IMG/VR virus record: IMGVR_UViG_3300020057_000388
Coordinates: 1-56,001 of that record
Reading direction: 5' to 3' (one strand)
From: a virus
Lineage: Duplodnaviria > Caudoviricetes
Length of the DNA: 56,001 bases
The position numbers were made by a program, and so were the translations under genes. Below, in pieces: positions 1-9,686 of this stretch (the first letter of the stretch is position 1; each line of letters starts with the position of its first letter). The notes under the pieces are model-generated. The model worked only from the letters and a program-made list of their open reading frames with translations, was not told where the DNA came from and did not search any database.

Positions 1-130
1 CCGTACGCTCGCACCGTGGCGCTGCTGGACGCTTGCACCGTGGTGCTGTCGTACGCTTGCACCGTGGTGCTGCCGGACGCTCGCACCGTGGCGCTGCCGT
101 ACGCTCGCACCGTGGCGCTGTCGGACGCTT
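1..130. repeat. 24-bp coding tandem repeat (~5 copies)
   Basis: Unit approximately CGTACGCTCGCACCGTGGCGCTGC repeated with variation. Confidence 0.9.
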
Positions 131-236
131 CGAAGTACCCCGAGCCGATGCAGTCAGGCGTGACTCGCTCGCCGGCTCGTTGACGAATCAAAATCGCTTC
201 GAGTTCAGCTTGCGTTGCGACTTGAATGTAGTTCAT
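1..236 (-). CDS. Octapeptide-repeat protein (5' part; runs off window)
   Basis: ATG at 236 with G-rich SD; translates MNYIQVATQAELEAIL...ASDSATVRAYGSATVRASGSTTVQAYDSTTVQ; absent from ORF track because it has no stop in the window. Confidence 0.75.
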   Translation of the reverse strand, partial: MNYIQVATQAELEAILIRQRAGERVTPDCIGSGYFEASDSATVRAYGSATVRASGSTTVQAYDSTTVQASSSATVRAY

Positions 237-280
237 CCCCACGTCCCCCTTTTGCTGGTGCGCGCCGGTGTCCGACGTCG

Positions 281-1000
281 CTACGCCGCTGGCTGATACG
301 GCAAACCTAAGTCGACGCGCGCTTGCCGTTCGCGGAGCATCCCGTCGAGTCCGCGCTGCGTCACGTACGCAGCGAAGTCGCGCGCCAGGTCCGCGCAGTC
401 GCGATCCAATTCGGCGTACGGGTAGAGCGGCATCGTTTCGATGTCGCGTAGCTCCCCGACAACCACGCCCGCTTCGCTGCCCTTCCCCTCGCGTAACAGG
501 AACACGTGGTACGTGATGCGACGCGGTTGGAATGCCGAAGCCATGAATCGCCATTGCGAGCTGACCGCGTACTTCTCGGCGTCGAAGCTATTCAGTGTCG
601 TCTTGAATTCGTGCAGGTCGGCCCCGACCAGCATGTCCGCTTTCGACACAATCAGAACGTCGCCGTACTGCTTCTGCGCCTTCGCCTCGTAGACTCCGTG
701 ACGTACGGCAATCGCGAGCGGCCCCGCCATTGTCGCGTCGGAGAAATGAAATGCGAGCCACTTCTTTTCTCCGTCCTCGACAAGGGGCCAGTGCTTCGTG
801 CGGTAGCCTCCCGAGACTCGATACTTGTCGGGGTTTTCGAGAATCTTGCCGAACGCCTGACCGATCAAGATGCCGCGATTCGGCGTGAATTCCCCGCGGA
901 TCGTGGCAAGTAGATCAGCCTCGCTCATCCAGGCTTGTTCGGGATCGCGCCACAATCGAAATGACTCGATGGTTGTGGCGCTGGCGCGCATGATGGTCAT
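281..1000 (-). CDS. PD-(D/E)XK exonuclease-like recombination protein
   Basis: KAD...LHEFKTT and QWRFM motifs; same operon as Sak4-like ATPase; ATG at 1000 overlaps the upstream stop. Confidence 0.7.
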   Translation of the reverse strand: MTIMRASATTIESFRLWRDPEQAWMSEADLLATIRGEFTPNRGILIGQAFGKILENPDKYRVSGGYRTKHWPLVEDGEKKWLAFHFSDATMAGPLAIAVRHGVYEAKAQKQYGDVLIVSKADMLVGADLHEFKTTLNSFDAEKYAVSSQWRFMASAFQPRRITYHVFLLREGKGSEAGVVVGELRDIETMPLYPYAELDRDCADLARDFAAYVTQRGLDGMLRERQARVDLGLPYQPAA

Positions 1001-1506
1001 GCGACCCTCCGCGAATCGCGGCGAACGCGCCGATTGCTTGCCTGCTCTGTCGGTGTGGCCCACCGGCAATTATCGGGCGAATACGGCCCGTCATTATCTT
1101 TGCGGTCGATCGTGTGTTGCGGCGTCGGCTTCGGCCCCATGTCGTCCGCGAAGGCGACGAAATCATGTCGCCACCGATCGCACACGAAGATGCCGCGTCC
1201 CCCGTACTCGGAGTACTTCGGTTCATTTTGGTTGGTGCACCGATTGATCACCCCCGCCCATGTTGAGTAGAGCGGGTCGGTACCCGAGCGGCCATGAGTA
1301 CGGCGTAGCGCTCCGGTGATCTGGCGTCGGAGACAGCCGCACGAATTGGTTTTGCCCTGCCGGAGCGTCCCCGTGAGAGCGGCGATCTCCCGGCCGCATT
1401 GACAGCGACACCGCCAAAGGATCGGCCCAGGTAAGCCGTAGTCGACACGGTCGATCACAACGAGGCGCCCGAACTGCGCGCCCAGGATATTTATTGAGCG
1501 ACCCAC
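997..1506 (-). CDS. HNH homing-endonuclease-like protein
   Basis: [48 protein letters not shown] motifs; GTG start at 1506. Confidence 0.85.
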   Translation of the reverse strand: MGRSINILGAQFGRLVVIDRVDYGLPGPILWRCRCQCGREIAALTGTLRQGKTNSCGCLRRQITGALRRTHGRSGTDPLYSTWAGVINRCTNQNEPKYSEYGGRGIFVCDRWRHDFVAFADDMGPKPTPQHTIDRKDNDGPYSPDNCRWATPTEQASNRRVRRDSRRVA

Positions 1507-1508
1507 GG

Positions 1509-2426
1509 CTACGCCGCTGCTGCTGTCGCCGTGAAGGCTTTTGCGCCCTTGTCGTAAGCGAGTCCGAGTCCCTTCGCACGATCCGCCAGTAGCTTCTTGA
1601 CTTGCGTTTCGACGATGGCCGGTAGCTTCGCGTCTGCGATGGTATCGACCATTGTCGTACAGGTGTCGGGTTCGGTCAGCGCAGCGATACGCTCGCGCCA
1701 TTCCTCGACGACGGCGAGCACCTTCGCGGACTCCCCGCTGATCGCGCCGAGCGCGTCACGACCCTTGGCGTACAAATCGCCCATGAACGTCGTACACTTT
1801 CCGGTTGCTGGTACCTTAAACGGCGACCAGCTCGCGGGATTCTTCCCTACCCACCGATCCGTCGGCGAGAAGTCGAGCACGCGATCCTTGCCCGATAGAA
1901 AATAGTACCCGAGGAAGTCAGCGTTCTTGAGCACCTCCCCGTAGCTGCCGCCCGTAATGTCGGGGCGGACTACGCGCACGTCGCCGTCCTTGTCTTCCTT
2001 GTCATGCGCGATCAGCAGCAAGTCTTTGCCGAGCCCGCGCGCCTGGGCGACGAATTGCCGGAAGCGATTCTTCAGCACGCCCCAGCCTTGTTGGGACAGG
2101 TTGCCGCCCGGTGCTTTCTTGGGGTCGTTCTCGGCGATGTCTGCGGTGAGCGCGTCGAGGCAGCGGCCAACCGTGTCGACGCACAGCGACTTGTACCGCG
2201 CCAGGACGTCGCGGTTGCTGAGCAGTTCAGCGACGTCGGTCCACGCATTGATTTGCACCGTGTCCCGCCGATTCGCCGCGCGATGCGCGCCGAGGTCGAA
2301 GTCGAGACAGAGCACGTCGCCCATCGAGTAGCCGAGCGTGGACTTACCGATGCCTGGCTGTCCGAAGATCAAAAACACCGGATGCTCGACGGGGATGGCT
2401 TCCGTTCCTGAAATGATCTTGATCAT
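1509..2426 (-). CDS. Sak4-like / AAA_24 phage NTP-binding recombination protein
   Basis: Walker [23 protein letters not shown] motifs. Confidence 0.85.
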   Translation of the reverse strand: MIKIISGTEAIPVEHPVFLIFGQPGIGKSTLGYSMGDVLCLDFDLGAHRAANRRDTVQINAWTDVAELLSNRDVLARYKSLCVDTVGRCLDALTADIAENDPKKAPGGNLSQQGWGVLKNRFRQFVAQARGLGKDLLLIAHDKEDKDGDVRVVRPDITGGSYGEVLKNADFLGYYFLSGKDRVLDFSPTDRWVGKNPASWSPFKVPATGKCTTFMGDLYAKGRDALGAISGESAKVLAVVEEWRERIAALTEPDTCTTMVDTIADAKLPAIVETQVKKLLADRAKGLGLAYDKGAKAFTATAAAA

Positions 2427-2428
2427 GA

Positions 2429-2782
2429 CTACCTCCGGCCCTTCTCGGGCGTTGCGGGTTTCGGTTTCGTGGCGAAAGCTCCGGCCACGCGCGTCTCGAT
2501 GCTCGCCTGCGCCAGCTCCTCACGACGTTGCTGGGCGCGTAGTGCTTCCTCTTGGCCCGCGGCTTCGCGCAGGTAGACGAGCGACACCATGCCGTCAGTC
2601 TCGATCTCGGTGCCGGCGTTCTTGAGCCGGTGCCCGACGTACAGGCACGCGTTGCCGAGCGTGTCGCCGAAGTGAAACACGGCCAGCACCGACACCGGGG
2701 CGACGCACCCGAGCAGGATGAACGCAACGACCGTGCGGTTGATCCGACGTCGCAACGTCTCGAAGGCGACTGCCTCTTTCAC
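2429..2782 (-). CDS. Hypothetical membrane protein
   Basis: Hydrophobic stretch; tightly packed in the operon. Confidence 0.55.
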   Translation of the reverse strand: MKEAVAFETLRRRINRTVVAFILLGCVAPVSVLAVFHFGDTLGNACLYVGHRLKNAGTEIETDGMVSLVYLREAAGQEEALRAQQRREELAQASIETRVAGAFATKPKPATPEKGRR

Positions 2783-3021
2783 GCGTGCACCGCGGCGGAC
2801 TCGGCGTACCCGCGCACGAAGGCCACCGCTTCACCCGGCGTCGCCGTCTGGTGAATGCGCTGCCCGTTGCGGCGGATCTCATAGGCGCGACACGGCTGCG
2901 CGGGCACCGTTTCCGTGCTGTCGTCGAGCCGACGAATCGTGACGGCCGGCTCCGTGTACTCGATTTCGTGCACCGTCAATTCCGGTGCGGCCAGTGCGGT
3001 GTTGCCGTTCCCGTTCTCCAT
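2779..3021 (-). CDS. Hypothetical protein
   Basis: GGAGG SD before ATG at 3021; 4-nt overlap with next gene. Confidence 0.55.
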   Translation of the reverse strand: MENGNGNTALAAPELTVHEIEYTEPAVTIRRLDDSTETVPAQPCRAYEIRRNGQRIHQTATPGEAVAFVRGYAESAAVHA

Positions 3022-3254
3022 CGCTCCCACCTCCGTGTACGCGCCGCATCTAAGGCAGCGTCGTCGATAGCCGCGCCCTGATGCACGCGGCGGCATGATC
3101 ACGTCGTCCGACAGGTTCCCGACTGAGCACCACGCGCACCGCATTGACGCTGAACGATTTACGTCAACGCCAGAAACGCAGCGAGAAGTTTGCTGCGGCG
3201 CCGTGATGACATGCAGCAGTCGGGTGCGGGTCGTGTCCATTCGAGGTACAGGGT

Positions 3255-3283
3255 ATTTGCCATACACGGTACCGGGATGTCAA
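3255..3283 (-). promoter_or_regulatory. Putative leftward early promoter with GGTACC palindrome in the spacer
   Basis: TTGACA at 3283-3278, CGGTACCG in spacer, weak -10. Confidence 0.4.
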
Positions 3284-3298
3284 GCACCCTAGTCTTGA

Positions 3299-3541
3299 TT
3301 GACTGTGCGGCCCGGCTCGACTACTGCTCGCGACACGTATGCCGAGAGTCGGAAAACCCAAGAGCAGCGCGCCGCGGCCAAGCCAGCAGGCCGGCGCGAG
3401 CCCTCGATTCGCGTCATGCTGTTCCCCGCGGAAAAGAAATCGCTAGAGGACTACGCCCGCAAGCAGGGGCTCGAAACGTCGACGTGGCTGCGCCAGCTTG
3501 GACTACGCAAAACCGGGTATCTTCCGGACGAGAATGGCTAG
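3299..3541 (+). CDS. Small ribbon-helix-helix-like regulator
   Basis: IRVMLFPAEKKSLEDYARKQGLETSTWLRQLGL fits an RHH/CopG pattern; sits at the strand-divergence point. Confidence 0.55.
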   Translation: MTVRPGSTTARDTYAESRKTQEQRAAAKPAGRREPSIRVMLFPAEKKSLEDYARKQGLETSTWLRQLGLRKTGYLPDENG

Positions 3542-4059
3542 ACGTGACGACGGTTGACACCTGCCGGGTTTTGCCTTGCTAGCGCTTTCTGGGCCGTGCT
3601 AACCCCGAGCGATCACGTCTTGGGGGTGCCCGGTGCCTGGTATTTCACGTCATCTCGGTGTGTAGGGGCGCTCGGCCCCGCACGTCTCGTTGTCGATTCA
3701 ACGGTTACGTCCTTGTTTTCGATAGTCAATCGCGTACGATGGTAGGTTTTGAAAAAACCCTTGACTTCTCAGATTCCATGGTAGTAGTGAGTGCTGCGCG
3801 CACAAAGCGCGCACAGTGGCGGGGTGGTGAGGGTAATACGGACGGCGCAGCAAGGGGTTAGCGGAGCAATCGCTCAGGTCAAGCTCTACTTCGACTGCAA
3901 AGAGCAGTAACGCACTCGATCGAGCCTGATCCTAGGTGATCGTTCTGATTCGCGGCACGGGTGACCCGTGCTCACGAATCACCCCTGAATCCAGCACACC
4001 GAGCGCACACGCGCTCAGGCGTCAGGGGGTCGGGGAATGGTTGAGGTCAAGGGGCGCCA

Positions 4060-4491
4060 GTGCGCTCGGTGCGCTCGGTGTGTTTCTTGAGCGACTGCCG
4101 GGGGCGTTCGTTCCGCGAGCGTCAAGCGCTCGTGTGGGCCAAGACAGACTACCACTGCTGGTACTGCGGTGTCAATCTGCGGGAGCTTACTGGTCGGTGG
4201 ACGTCCGATCATCAGGTGCCAGTTTCGCGGGGCGGTTCGGACGAGAGCAGCAACCTCGTCCCGGCGTGCGATCGCTGTAACGTCAGCAAGCGCGACCGAA
4301 CGCCAGACGAGCACCGCAGGGCGATGGTTGATCGCTGGCGCCGCGATCTCTCTCGAATTCTAGGCGAGCTGCGCCGAGTAGCTTCCTGGCTCCCGGATGC
4401 GCCGGTCACCCCTGAGAAATTACAGGAGCTCGCCGATATCGACGCGTACCTTCAGACCGCAAGCGTGACGTTCGCCGGAGAGCGTCAGTGA
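4060..4491 (+). CDS. HNH endonuclease
   Basis: CWYCG...DHQVPVSRGGSDESSNLVPACDRCNVSK. Confidence 0.9.
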   Translation: MRSVRSVCFLSDCRGRSFRERQALVWAKTDYHCWYCGVNLRELTGRWTSDHQVPVSRGGSDESSNLVPACDRCNVSKRDRTPDEHRRAMVDRWRRDLSRILGELRRVASWLPDAPVTPEKLQELADIDAYLQTASVTFAGERQ

Positions 4492-5342
4492 GCGCGGAGC
4501 TGATGGCGCGCGTCATGTACACCGAGTTACCGACGCACCAGAAGCTGTGCCTGGTCGCGCTCGCCGATCACGCCAACGACGACGGTTGCGGCATTTGGGC
4601 CGGTCAGCGCCTGATCGCGCACAAGGTCAGTGCCGGCGATCGAGCTGCCCGAGCGACCCTGAAGCAGCTTCGAGATGACGGCTGGATCATGCGCGAGGCG
4701 CGAGAAGGCGCGCACGGGACGGATCGCTACCGCATCCTCATCGAGCGACTGCCGACTTCGACTGAGTGTCAGGCCATTCGCCAGCGCCTGCGCGACTCCG
4801 CGTCGACCGGACGTGGGCTGCCACCTGGACGTGCACGACCGCCCGGAAGTCTACGGCACGTCGACCGGACGTCCACGTCCGGTGTCGACCGGACGTCCAC
4901 GTCCGGTAAACCATCAGTAGAAACATCAGAAGAACCAAAAGAGATCACCGGCGCCCGTCGGCGCCGTCCTACCAACCCGGAAGCTGACGCCCGAGTCCGC
5001 CCGGTGCTCGATCACTTCTGCCAGGCGCACCAGGTAGCGCTCGGTGAAGCCTACCCCGTCGTGGGTGGACGTGACGGCACAGTGATCAAGCGGCTGCCGC
5101 AGTCCTACGACGTCGCAAAGCTCTGTGCCTTGATCGACAGGTTTTTCGCGTCGCTCGGGGCGGACGACTTCGTGCGCGAGAAGATCGGCGCGACCGTGCC
5201 GGCGTTCGTTGGGAAAATCTCGGCGCTACTCGGTCAGGGCAAGGGGTCGATCGCCGTCAGCGCTTCGCGGCCGACGCAGAGCCGGCTGCCCGACTTCGAG
5301 ATCACTGAGGAAATGATTCAGGGAGGTCGCAAGTATTCCTAG
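4488..5342 (+). CDS. Phage replication initiator (N-terminal winged HTH)
   Basis: KLCLVALADHANDDG HTH_36-like N-terminus, internal repeats, directly upstream of dnaB. Confidence 0.8.
   Translation: MSAELMARVMYTELPTHQKLCLVALADHANDDGCGIWAGQRLIAHKVSAGDRAARATLKQLRDDGWIMREAREGAHGTDRYRILIERLPTSTECQAIRQRLRDSASTGRGLPPGRARPPGSLRHVDRTSTSGVDRTSTSGKPSVETSEEPKEITGARRRRPTNPEADARVRPVLDHFCQAHQVALGEAYPVVGGRDGTVIKRLPQSYDVAKLCALIDRFFASLGADDFVREKIGATVPAFVGKISALLGQGKGSIAVSASRPTQSRLPDFEITEEMIQGGRKYS
4802..4907. repeat. Iteron-like repeats, probable phage origin
   Basis: GTCGACCGGACGTCCACGTCCGGT twice in tandem (4860-4907) plus a partial copy at 4802-4814, inside the initiator gene. Confidence 0.65.
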
Positions 5343-6750
5343 TCCCGACGACACGTTCCTGCGGCGCGTGCCGCCGAGCAGCTCAGACGCGGAGCAGTCG
5401 GTGATCGGCGCCATTCTGATTGAGCCCGTCGCGCTCGATCGGATCATCGGCATCGTCGCGGCGGGCGACTTCTACGCGAAGGCCAACCGCGTGATTTTCG
5501 CCGTCGCGCTCGAAATGTACGACCGCAGGGAACCGATCGACAGCGTCACGCTGACGGCAATTCTGCGATCGCGCGGCCAGCTCGCTGACGTCGGTGGCGC
5601 GTCCTACATCAGCGAGCTGATGAACCACACGCCGAGCGCGGCGAACGTGGCGTCATATGCGCGGATCGTCGCGGACAAGGCGACGCAGCGGCGGCTGATC
5701 GAGGCGTCGATCAAGAATCTACAGGACGCGTACGACCCGCCGGATGGTTCGGTGCGCGAGATGATGACGCGCGCCGAGGATCGCGTCAGCGAAGTGAGCG
5801 ACGACGCCGAGCCCGTCAGCACGGGTGAGATCGGCGACGCGATCACGCAAGCAACGCTGATCATCACGGCCAAGGACGCGCGCCGCATCCCGACCGGCTA
5901 CCCCGTCGTCGACGAGAGTATCGGCGGGTTCAAGCTCGGATCGCAGTGGATCGTCGCCGGTCGTCCGGGCTCGTTCAAGTCGGTGTGTGCGTCCGACATC
6001 ATGTTCGCGGCTGCGTTCAACGGCGTCGGCTCGGTGCTGCTCTCGTTGGAGAACACCGCGGGGCAGGTGCTGCTGCGCCGCGCCGCGAAGGATCTCGGCA
6101 TACCGAACATGAATCTGCAGATGGGGTTCACGCACTCGGGTCGCTCGTTGCTCACGAACGACGAGCGCGCCGCGGCCCTCGCGAAGCTGGAGGAATACCG
6201 CCGGCTGCCGCTCTGGATCTTCGACGATCACCTACCGTGGCCGCAGCAGGTGCGCCGGCTCCGCGCGATGAAGCGGCAAAATCCGAAGATCGGACAAATC
6301 ATCATCGACCACGTCCGGCTGGTGAGCGGCGTTCCGGGCCTGCGTGACGATCAGGAGCGCGAACGCATCGCGGTCGTCAGCGGCTGGGGCATGCGCTTCT
6401 GCAAAGAGGCGAAGGTTAACACGCTGCTCGTCTCGCAGCTCAATCGCGAGAGCGAGAAGCAAAACCGCGAGCCGCTGATGGCGGATCTCGCGCTGTGCGG
6501 GAACCTCGAACAAGACGCGCACGGGATCATGTTCGCGCACTTCGCCGACAAGGAATCAGCCGGCGAGCATGACGAGGAATTTCTGCTGGCGCTCGCGAAG
6601 AACCGCGACGGGCCGAAGGGGCGTTACAAAATGCGCGCGGTGCGGAAGTTCTGCCGCGTCATCGACCCGGTGGAGGAAGCGCGCGCAGAGCGCCACGGCA
6701 ACGACTACGGCAACGGCTACGGCAACGACAACCACGAAGGGATGGCCTGA
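5335..6750 (+). CDS. dnaB: Replicative DNA helicase, DnaB family
   Basis: PPxxxDAEQSVIGAIL N-domain, AGRPGSFKS, SLE, IIIDH, SQLNR, LEQDA, AKNRDGP; start either ATT 5335 or GTG 5368. Confidence 0.93.
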   Translation: MPSPDDTFLRRVPPSSSDAEQSVIGAILIEPVALDRIIGIVAAGDFYAKANRVIFAVALEMYDRREPIDSVTLTAILRSRGQLADVGGASYISELMNHTPSAANVASYARIVADKATQRRLIEASIKNLQDAYDPPDGSVREMMTRAEDRVSEVSDDAEPVSTGEIGDAITQATLIITAKDARRIPTGYPVVDESIGGFKLGSQWIVAGRPGSFKSVCASDIMFAAAFNGVGSVLLSLENTAGQVLLRRAAKDLGIPNMNLQMGFTHSGRSLLTNDERAAALAKLEEYRRLPLWIFDDHLPWPQQVRRLRAMKRQNPKIGQIIIDHVRLVSGVPGLRDDQERERIAVVSGWGMRFCKEAKVNTLLVSQLNRESEKQNREPLMADLALCGNLEQDAHGIMFAHFADKESAGEHDEEFLLALAKNRDGPKGRYKMRAVRKFCRVIDPVEEARAERHGNDYGNGYGNDNHEGMA

Positions 6751-6753
6751 AGG

Positions 6754-7383
6754 ATGCGATACCACAACGCCGACGAGATTTTTCTGGGGGATCGCGCGAC
6801 GCGACAACCCGTCAACCAACGCCGGAACCTCTACCCGGTCGAGTCCGTTCCCCGGCACATGCAGATGGCGTACGCGCTGGTGAAGAACGCGTACGAATCG
6901 CTAGGCAAGTGCACACGCGAACGCCTCGCGGCCATCCGCTGGTTTCTGTACGACCCGCGACCTGAGCGAGAGTTCGGCTCGTTCCTCTGGGCCGCGGCGG
7001 TGATGGAGCTCGACGCCGACCAGTTCCGCCGCCGCATCGTCGACCTGCTGAAGCGCAAACGCATCACGTACACGCGCGACACCTGCACCAAGGCGCACGA
7101 GCTGGAATTTCTGGAGCTGTGGCCGAAAGAGCGGATGAAGTACTGTACGGCCGGCGAGTGCGATGCGCCCCGCGCGTTCCAGTGTGCCCGTTGCACGCGG
7201 CACTGTGATCGGCACGACCATTCGCGAGCGATCGCCCTGGAGAGGATTTTGCCGAAAACGTGTTTCGAGGACGGCTGCGAGACAGCCAGACAGGGGTACT
7301 ACACGCGCTGCCTTGAGCATCAGCGCGAACGGTGGAAAGCGAACGTCGGCCGCTACCGCACGCGCAAGGCTGACGCGGCGTGA
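6754..7383 (+). CDS. Hypothetical Cys-rich protein
   Basis: ORF in operon, C-terminal Cys/His clusters. Confidence 0.6.
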   Translation: MRYHNADEIFLGDRATRQPVNQRRNLYPVESVPRHMQMAYALVKNAYESLGKCTRERLAAIRWFLYDPRPEREFGSFLWAAAVMELDADQFRRRIVDLLKRKRITYTRDTCTKAHELEFLELWPKERMKYCTAGECDAPRAFQCARCTRHCDRHDHSRAIALERILPKTCFEDGCETARQGYYTRCLEHQRERWKANVGRYRTRKADAA

Positions 7384-7994
7384 ATCCGCCAAAGCTCACC
7401 GGGGCCGCGCGTCGCGTGGTCGAGCAGGCGATTCGCGACATCGTGGACGAACGGTACGACGATGCAGCCGAGGCGCTGCGGGCGTTGATCGCGCGGCCGA
7501 AGCGGGGTGTCGCCGTCGAGCCGCGCGAGTTCGGCGTCAAGGTGGTGCCGATCGTGCGCGAGCCGCTGCCGCCGCTGGCACCGATTGAGGTGGACCGCAG
7601 CGCCGAAGTCGTGACGTCGCTGTCGAAGCCTGACGGACGCATCGAAGATCCGGCCGCGATCCTCGCCTATCGCGCGCGGCACCCGGTCTGCGAAGCCGCG
7701 GGGCCGGACTGCTGGTATGCGGTGCACTACCCCGAAGGGCATCCGCGGGCCGGTTGTCCGTTCGTCGAGGTGCATCACGTCGTCAAGAAGTCGAAGGGCG
7801 GTGACGACGTGCCGCAGAATTTCCTCGCGCTCTGCACCGCGCACCACACGGGCCGCGTCGGGTGGCACTCGCTCACCCCGCCGGTGTGGTTCGCACGATT
7901 CAACGATCGGCTGGACGTGGTCGCCTACGCCAAGGCGAATCACTTCCTGCGCACGAAGGGGTGGAACCCCGAGCTGATCGAGGTCGCCGCGTGA
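7380..7994 (+). CDS. HNH endonuclease-domain protein
   Basis: EVHHVVKKSKGGDDVPQNFLALCTAHH. Confidence 0.75.
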   Translation: MNPPKLTGAARRVVEQAIRDIVDERYDDAAEALRALIARPKRGVAVEPREFGVKVVPIVREPLPPLAPIEVDRSAEVVTSLSKPDGRIEDPAAILAYRARHPVCEAAGPDCWYAVHYPEGHPRAGCPFVEVHHVVKKSKGGDDVPQNFLALCTAHHTGRVGWHSLTPPVWFARFNDRLDVVAYAKANHFLRTKGWNPELIEVAA

Positions 7995-8173
7995 AGCCAC
8001 CACGCGAGACGATGGACGCGAGGTGCGCGCAGTGCGGGCGCACGTCTGCGGTCGAAGTCTCGTCGGTGCTGGTCGAGGTGCCGTGCCCGCGGTGCGGCAG
8101 CCAGTATCCGCAGCCGGTGAAAGCAGTAGCACGGGAAAAACTGCTGGCGTCGATGCGCCGACAGCGTGTGTAA
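7991..8173 (+). CDS. Small zinc-ribbon protein
   Basis: CAQC...CPRC; GTGA overlap with upstream gene. Confidence 0.55.
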   Translation: MKPPRETMDARCAQCGRTSAVEVSSVLVEVPCPRCGSQYPQPVKAVAREKLLASMRRQRV

Positions 8174-8657
8174 CGGGAGGGGGTGCAAGGTGGGGCATCA
8201 TAGCGAGCATCGCCCGCAGTATTCGCACTTGGCTGCCGCGCTGACGGCGTACTTCTCGGCGAAGGTTGGCAGCGCGGGGCGCTGCACGCTGGCGGACCCT
8301 GGCCGCATTCGGGGTGACGTCGACCCGAGCGCAAACAGCGACCGCATCGCCGAGATCGCGGTGGCACTCGCGCAGGTCGCCATCGAGGGGCGGGTGGCGC
8401 TGGAGCTGGAGACGTTGCACGCGCACCTGCCGGTGCGGTTCGACCCGGACGCCAAGCCGGCGAAGAACATGAGTCCAGTCACGTACGGCAAGCTCGACGT
8501 GATGACCCGCGAGTTTGGCGGCACTTGGTACGAAAGAAAATACGGGAGCGTGGTGAAGCAGGCGCGCGACGAGGCAGCCTTCCAGCTCGCGCGCCGTGGG
8601 CTGATTCCAGAACCGTCGTGGTTCAACGACGAGAAGCAAGCACGGGGGATGGCGTGA
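8166..8657 (+). CDS. Hypothetical protein
   Basis: Fills the operon with overlaps on both sides. Confidence 0.55.
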   Translation: MCNGRGCKVGHHSEHRPQYSHLAAALTAYFSAKVGSAGRCTLADPGRIRGDVDPSANSDRIAEIAVALAQVAIEGRVALELETLHAHLPVRFDPDAKPAKNMSPVTYGKLDVMTREFGGTWYERKYGSVVKQARDEAAFQLARRGLIPEPSWFNDEKQARGMA

Positions 8658-9265
8658 TGGTGGACGAGATGAACGAGGACGGGCAGGACAACGAGCTGAC
8701 CTATGTGGCAGTCGAGGGTGCGGAGGGGCCGACGGTCGACCGCGCAAGCTACGACGCCTGGAAGCAAAGCGTCATCCAGGTGGGGAAGTACGGCACTGGC
8801 GTGCCGTGGGCGCTGGGTGATCTACTCGTCGAGGGTGAGCGGAAGTTCGGTGAGGACTACGCGGCCGTCATCCCCGACCTGGAAGCCTACAGCTACAAGC
8901 CGGCGACCCTCACGCAGTTTCTGTTCGTCGCGAAGAACGTACCCGGCGGTGAGAACGGGCGCCGCAGAGTCGGCGTCGTCGACTGGTCGCACCACAAGGA
9001 AGTGGCGTCGCTCACGGCCGAACAGCAGGTCGAATGGCTCGAAGCCTGCGAGCGCGACCAGCTCTCGGTCAAGACGCTGCGCGAGAAGCTGAAGGCTGCC
9101 GGCCTGCGGAAGTCGCGCGCCAGCACGCCGCGCACCTGCGAGGGCTGCACGCAGTACGCCGAGCAGGTCGCGGCCATGCAGGCCATCATCAACGACCAGC
9201 AGGACGAGATCGAAGGGGCGCGCGCCGCGGTGCAGATGGAGTCGGCCGAGGCTGCCGGTGCGTAG
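8657..9265 (+). CDS. LmbU-like DNA-binding protein
   Basis: PWALGDLL...WSHHKEVASL...QVEWLEAC...SVKTLRE pattern of LmbU-type regulators. Confidence 0.6.
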   Translation: MVDEMNEDGQDNELTYVAVEGAEGPTVDRASYDAWKQSVIQVGKYGTGVPWALGDLLVEGERKFGEDYAAVIPDLEAYSYKPATLTQFLFVAKNVPGGENGRRRVGVVDWSHHKEVASLTAEQQVEWLEACERDQLSVKTLREKLKAAGLRKSRASTPRTCEGCTQYAEQVAAMQAIINDQQDEIEGARAAVQMESAEAAGA

Positions 9266-9584
9266 AATCCCCCGCGACGCGGTGCTGATGGGCTGGAAGG
9301 AAATTGCCGGGGCGCTCGGCTACTCCGAGGATCGCATGCGCGACATCGCGGCGACCGAGGATCTGCCGGTGTTCCGCATGGGGGTCGATGTCGGCGAGGA
9401 CCGTGGCCCCGGCGCACAGGTCGTGCTCACGGGGGCCGCGCTGCATGAGTGGGCGCGGGCTCGGTCGCTCGGCTACTCGCGCCGATCGTGGCGCCTGGCG
9501 ATCGCTGATCGCATGCGAAATGCGTTCGATCGTGTGTTCACGGGCGGCAATTCCGCACCCGTTCGGATGGCGAAAAGCGCCTGA
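9258..9584 (+). CDS. HTH/excisionase-like DNA-binding protein
   Basis: LMGWKEIAGALGYSEDRMR...LPV motif. Confidence 0.6.
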   Translation: MRRIPRDAVLMGWKEIAGALGYSEDRMRDIAATEDLPVFRMGVDVGEDRGPGAQVVLTGAALHEWARARSLGYSRRSWRLAIADRMRNAFDRVFTGGNSAPVRMAKSA

Positions 9585-9642
9585 CGAATGATCGGCCCGC
9601 GATTGCCCCGCGTATGGCCGGAGTCGGGCCAGGGATGACACC

Positions 9643-9672
9643 TTGACTTGACACGACGGGTACCCGTATAAG
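9643..9672 (+). promoter_or_regulatory. Sigma70-like promoter with palindromic operator
   Basis: TTGACT-N18-TATAAG; perfect palindrome ACGGGTACCCGT at 9656-9667. Confidence 0.55.
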
Positions 9673-9686
9673 CCACCATCGCAATT

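Noticed and set aside
1-130. Possible CRISPR array
   Set aside because: Contiguous 24-bp units with no unique spacers; they encode an octapeptide repeat.
6696-6733. Short GGCAACG repeats at the end of dnaB
   Set aside because: Low-complexity coding tail (GNDYGNGYGND); no sign of a separate function.
7353-8747. 464-aa minus-strand ORF
   Set aside because: Antisense shadow of coupled plus-strand genes in high-GC DNA; no motifs.
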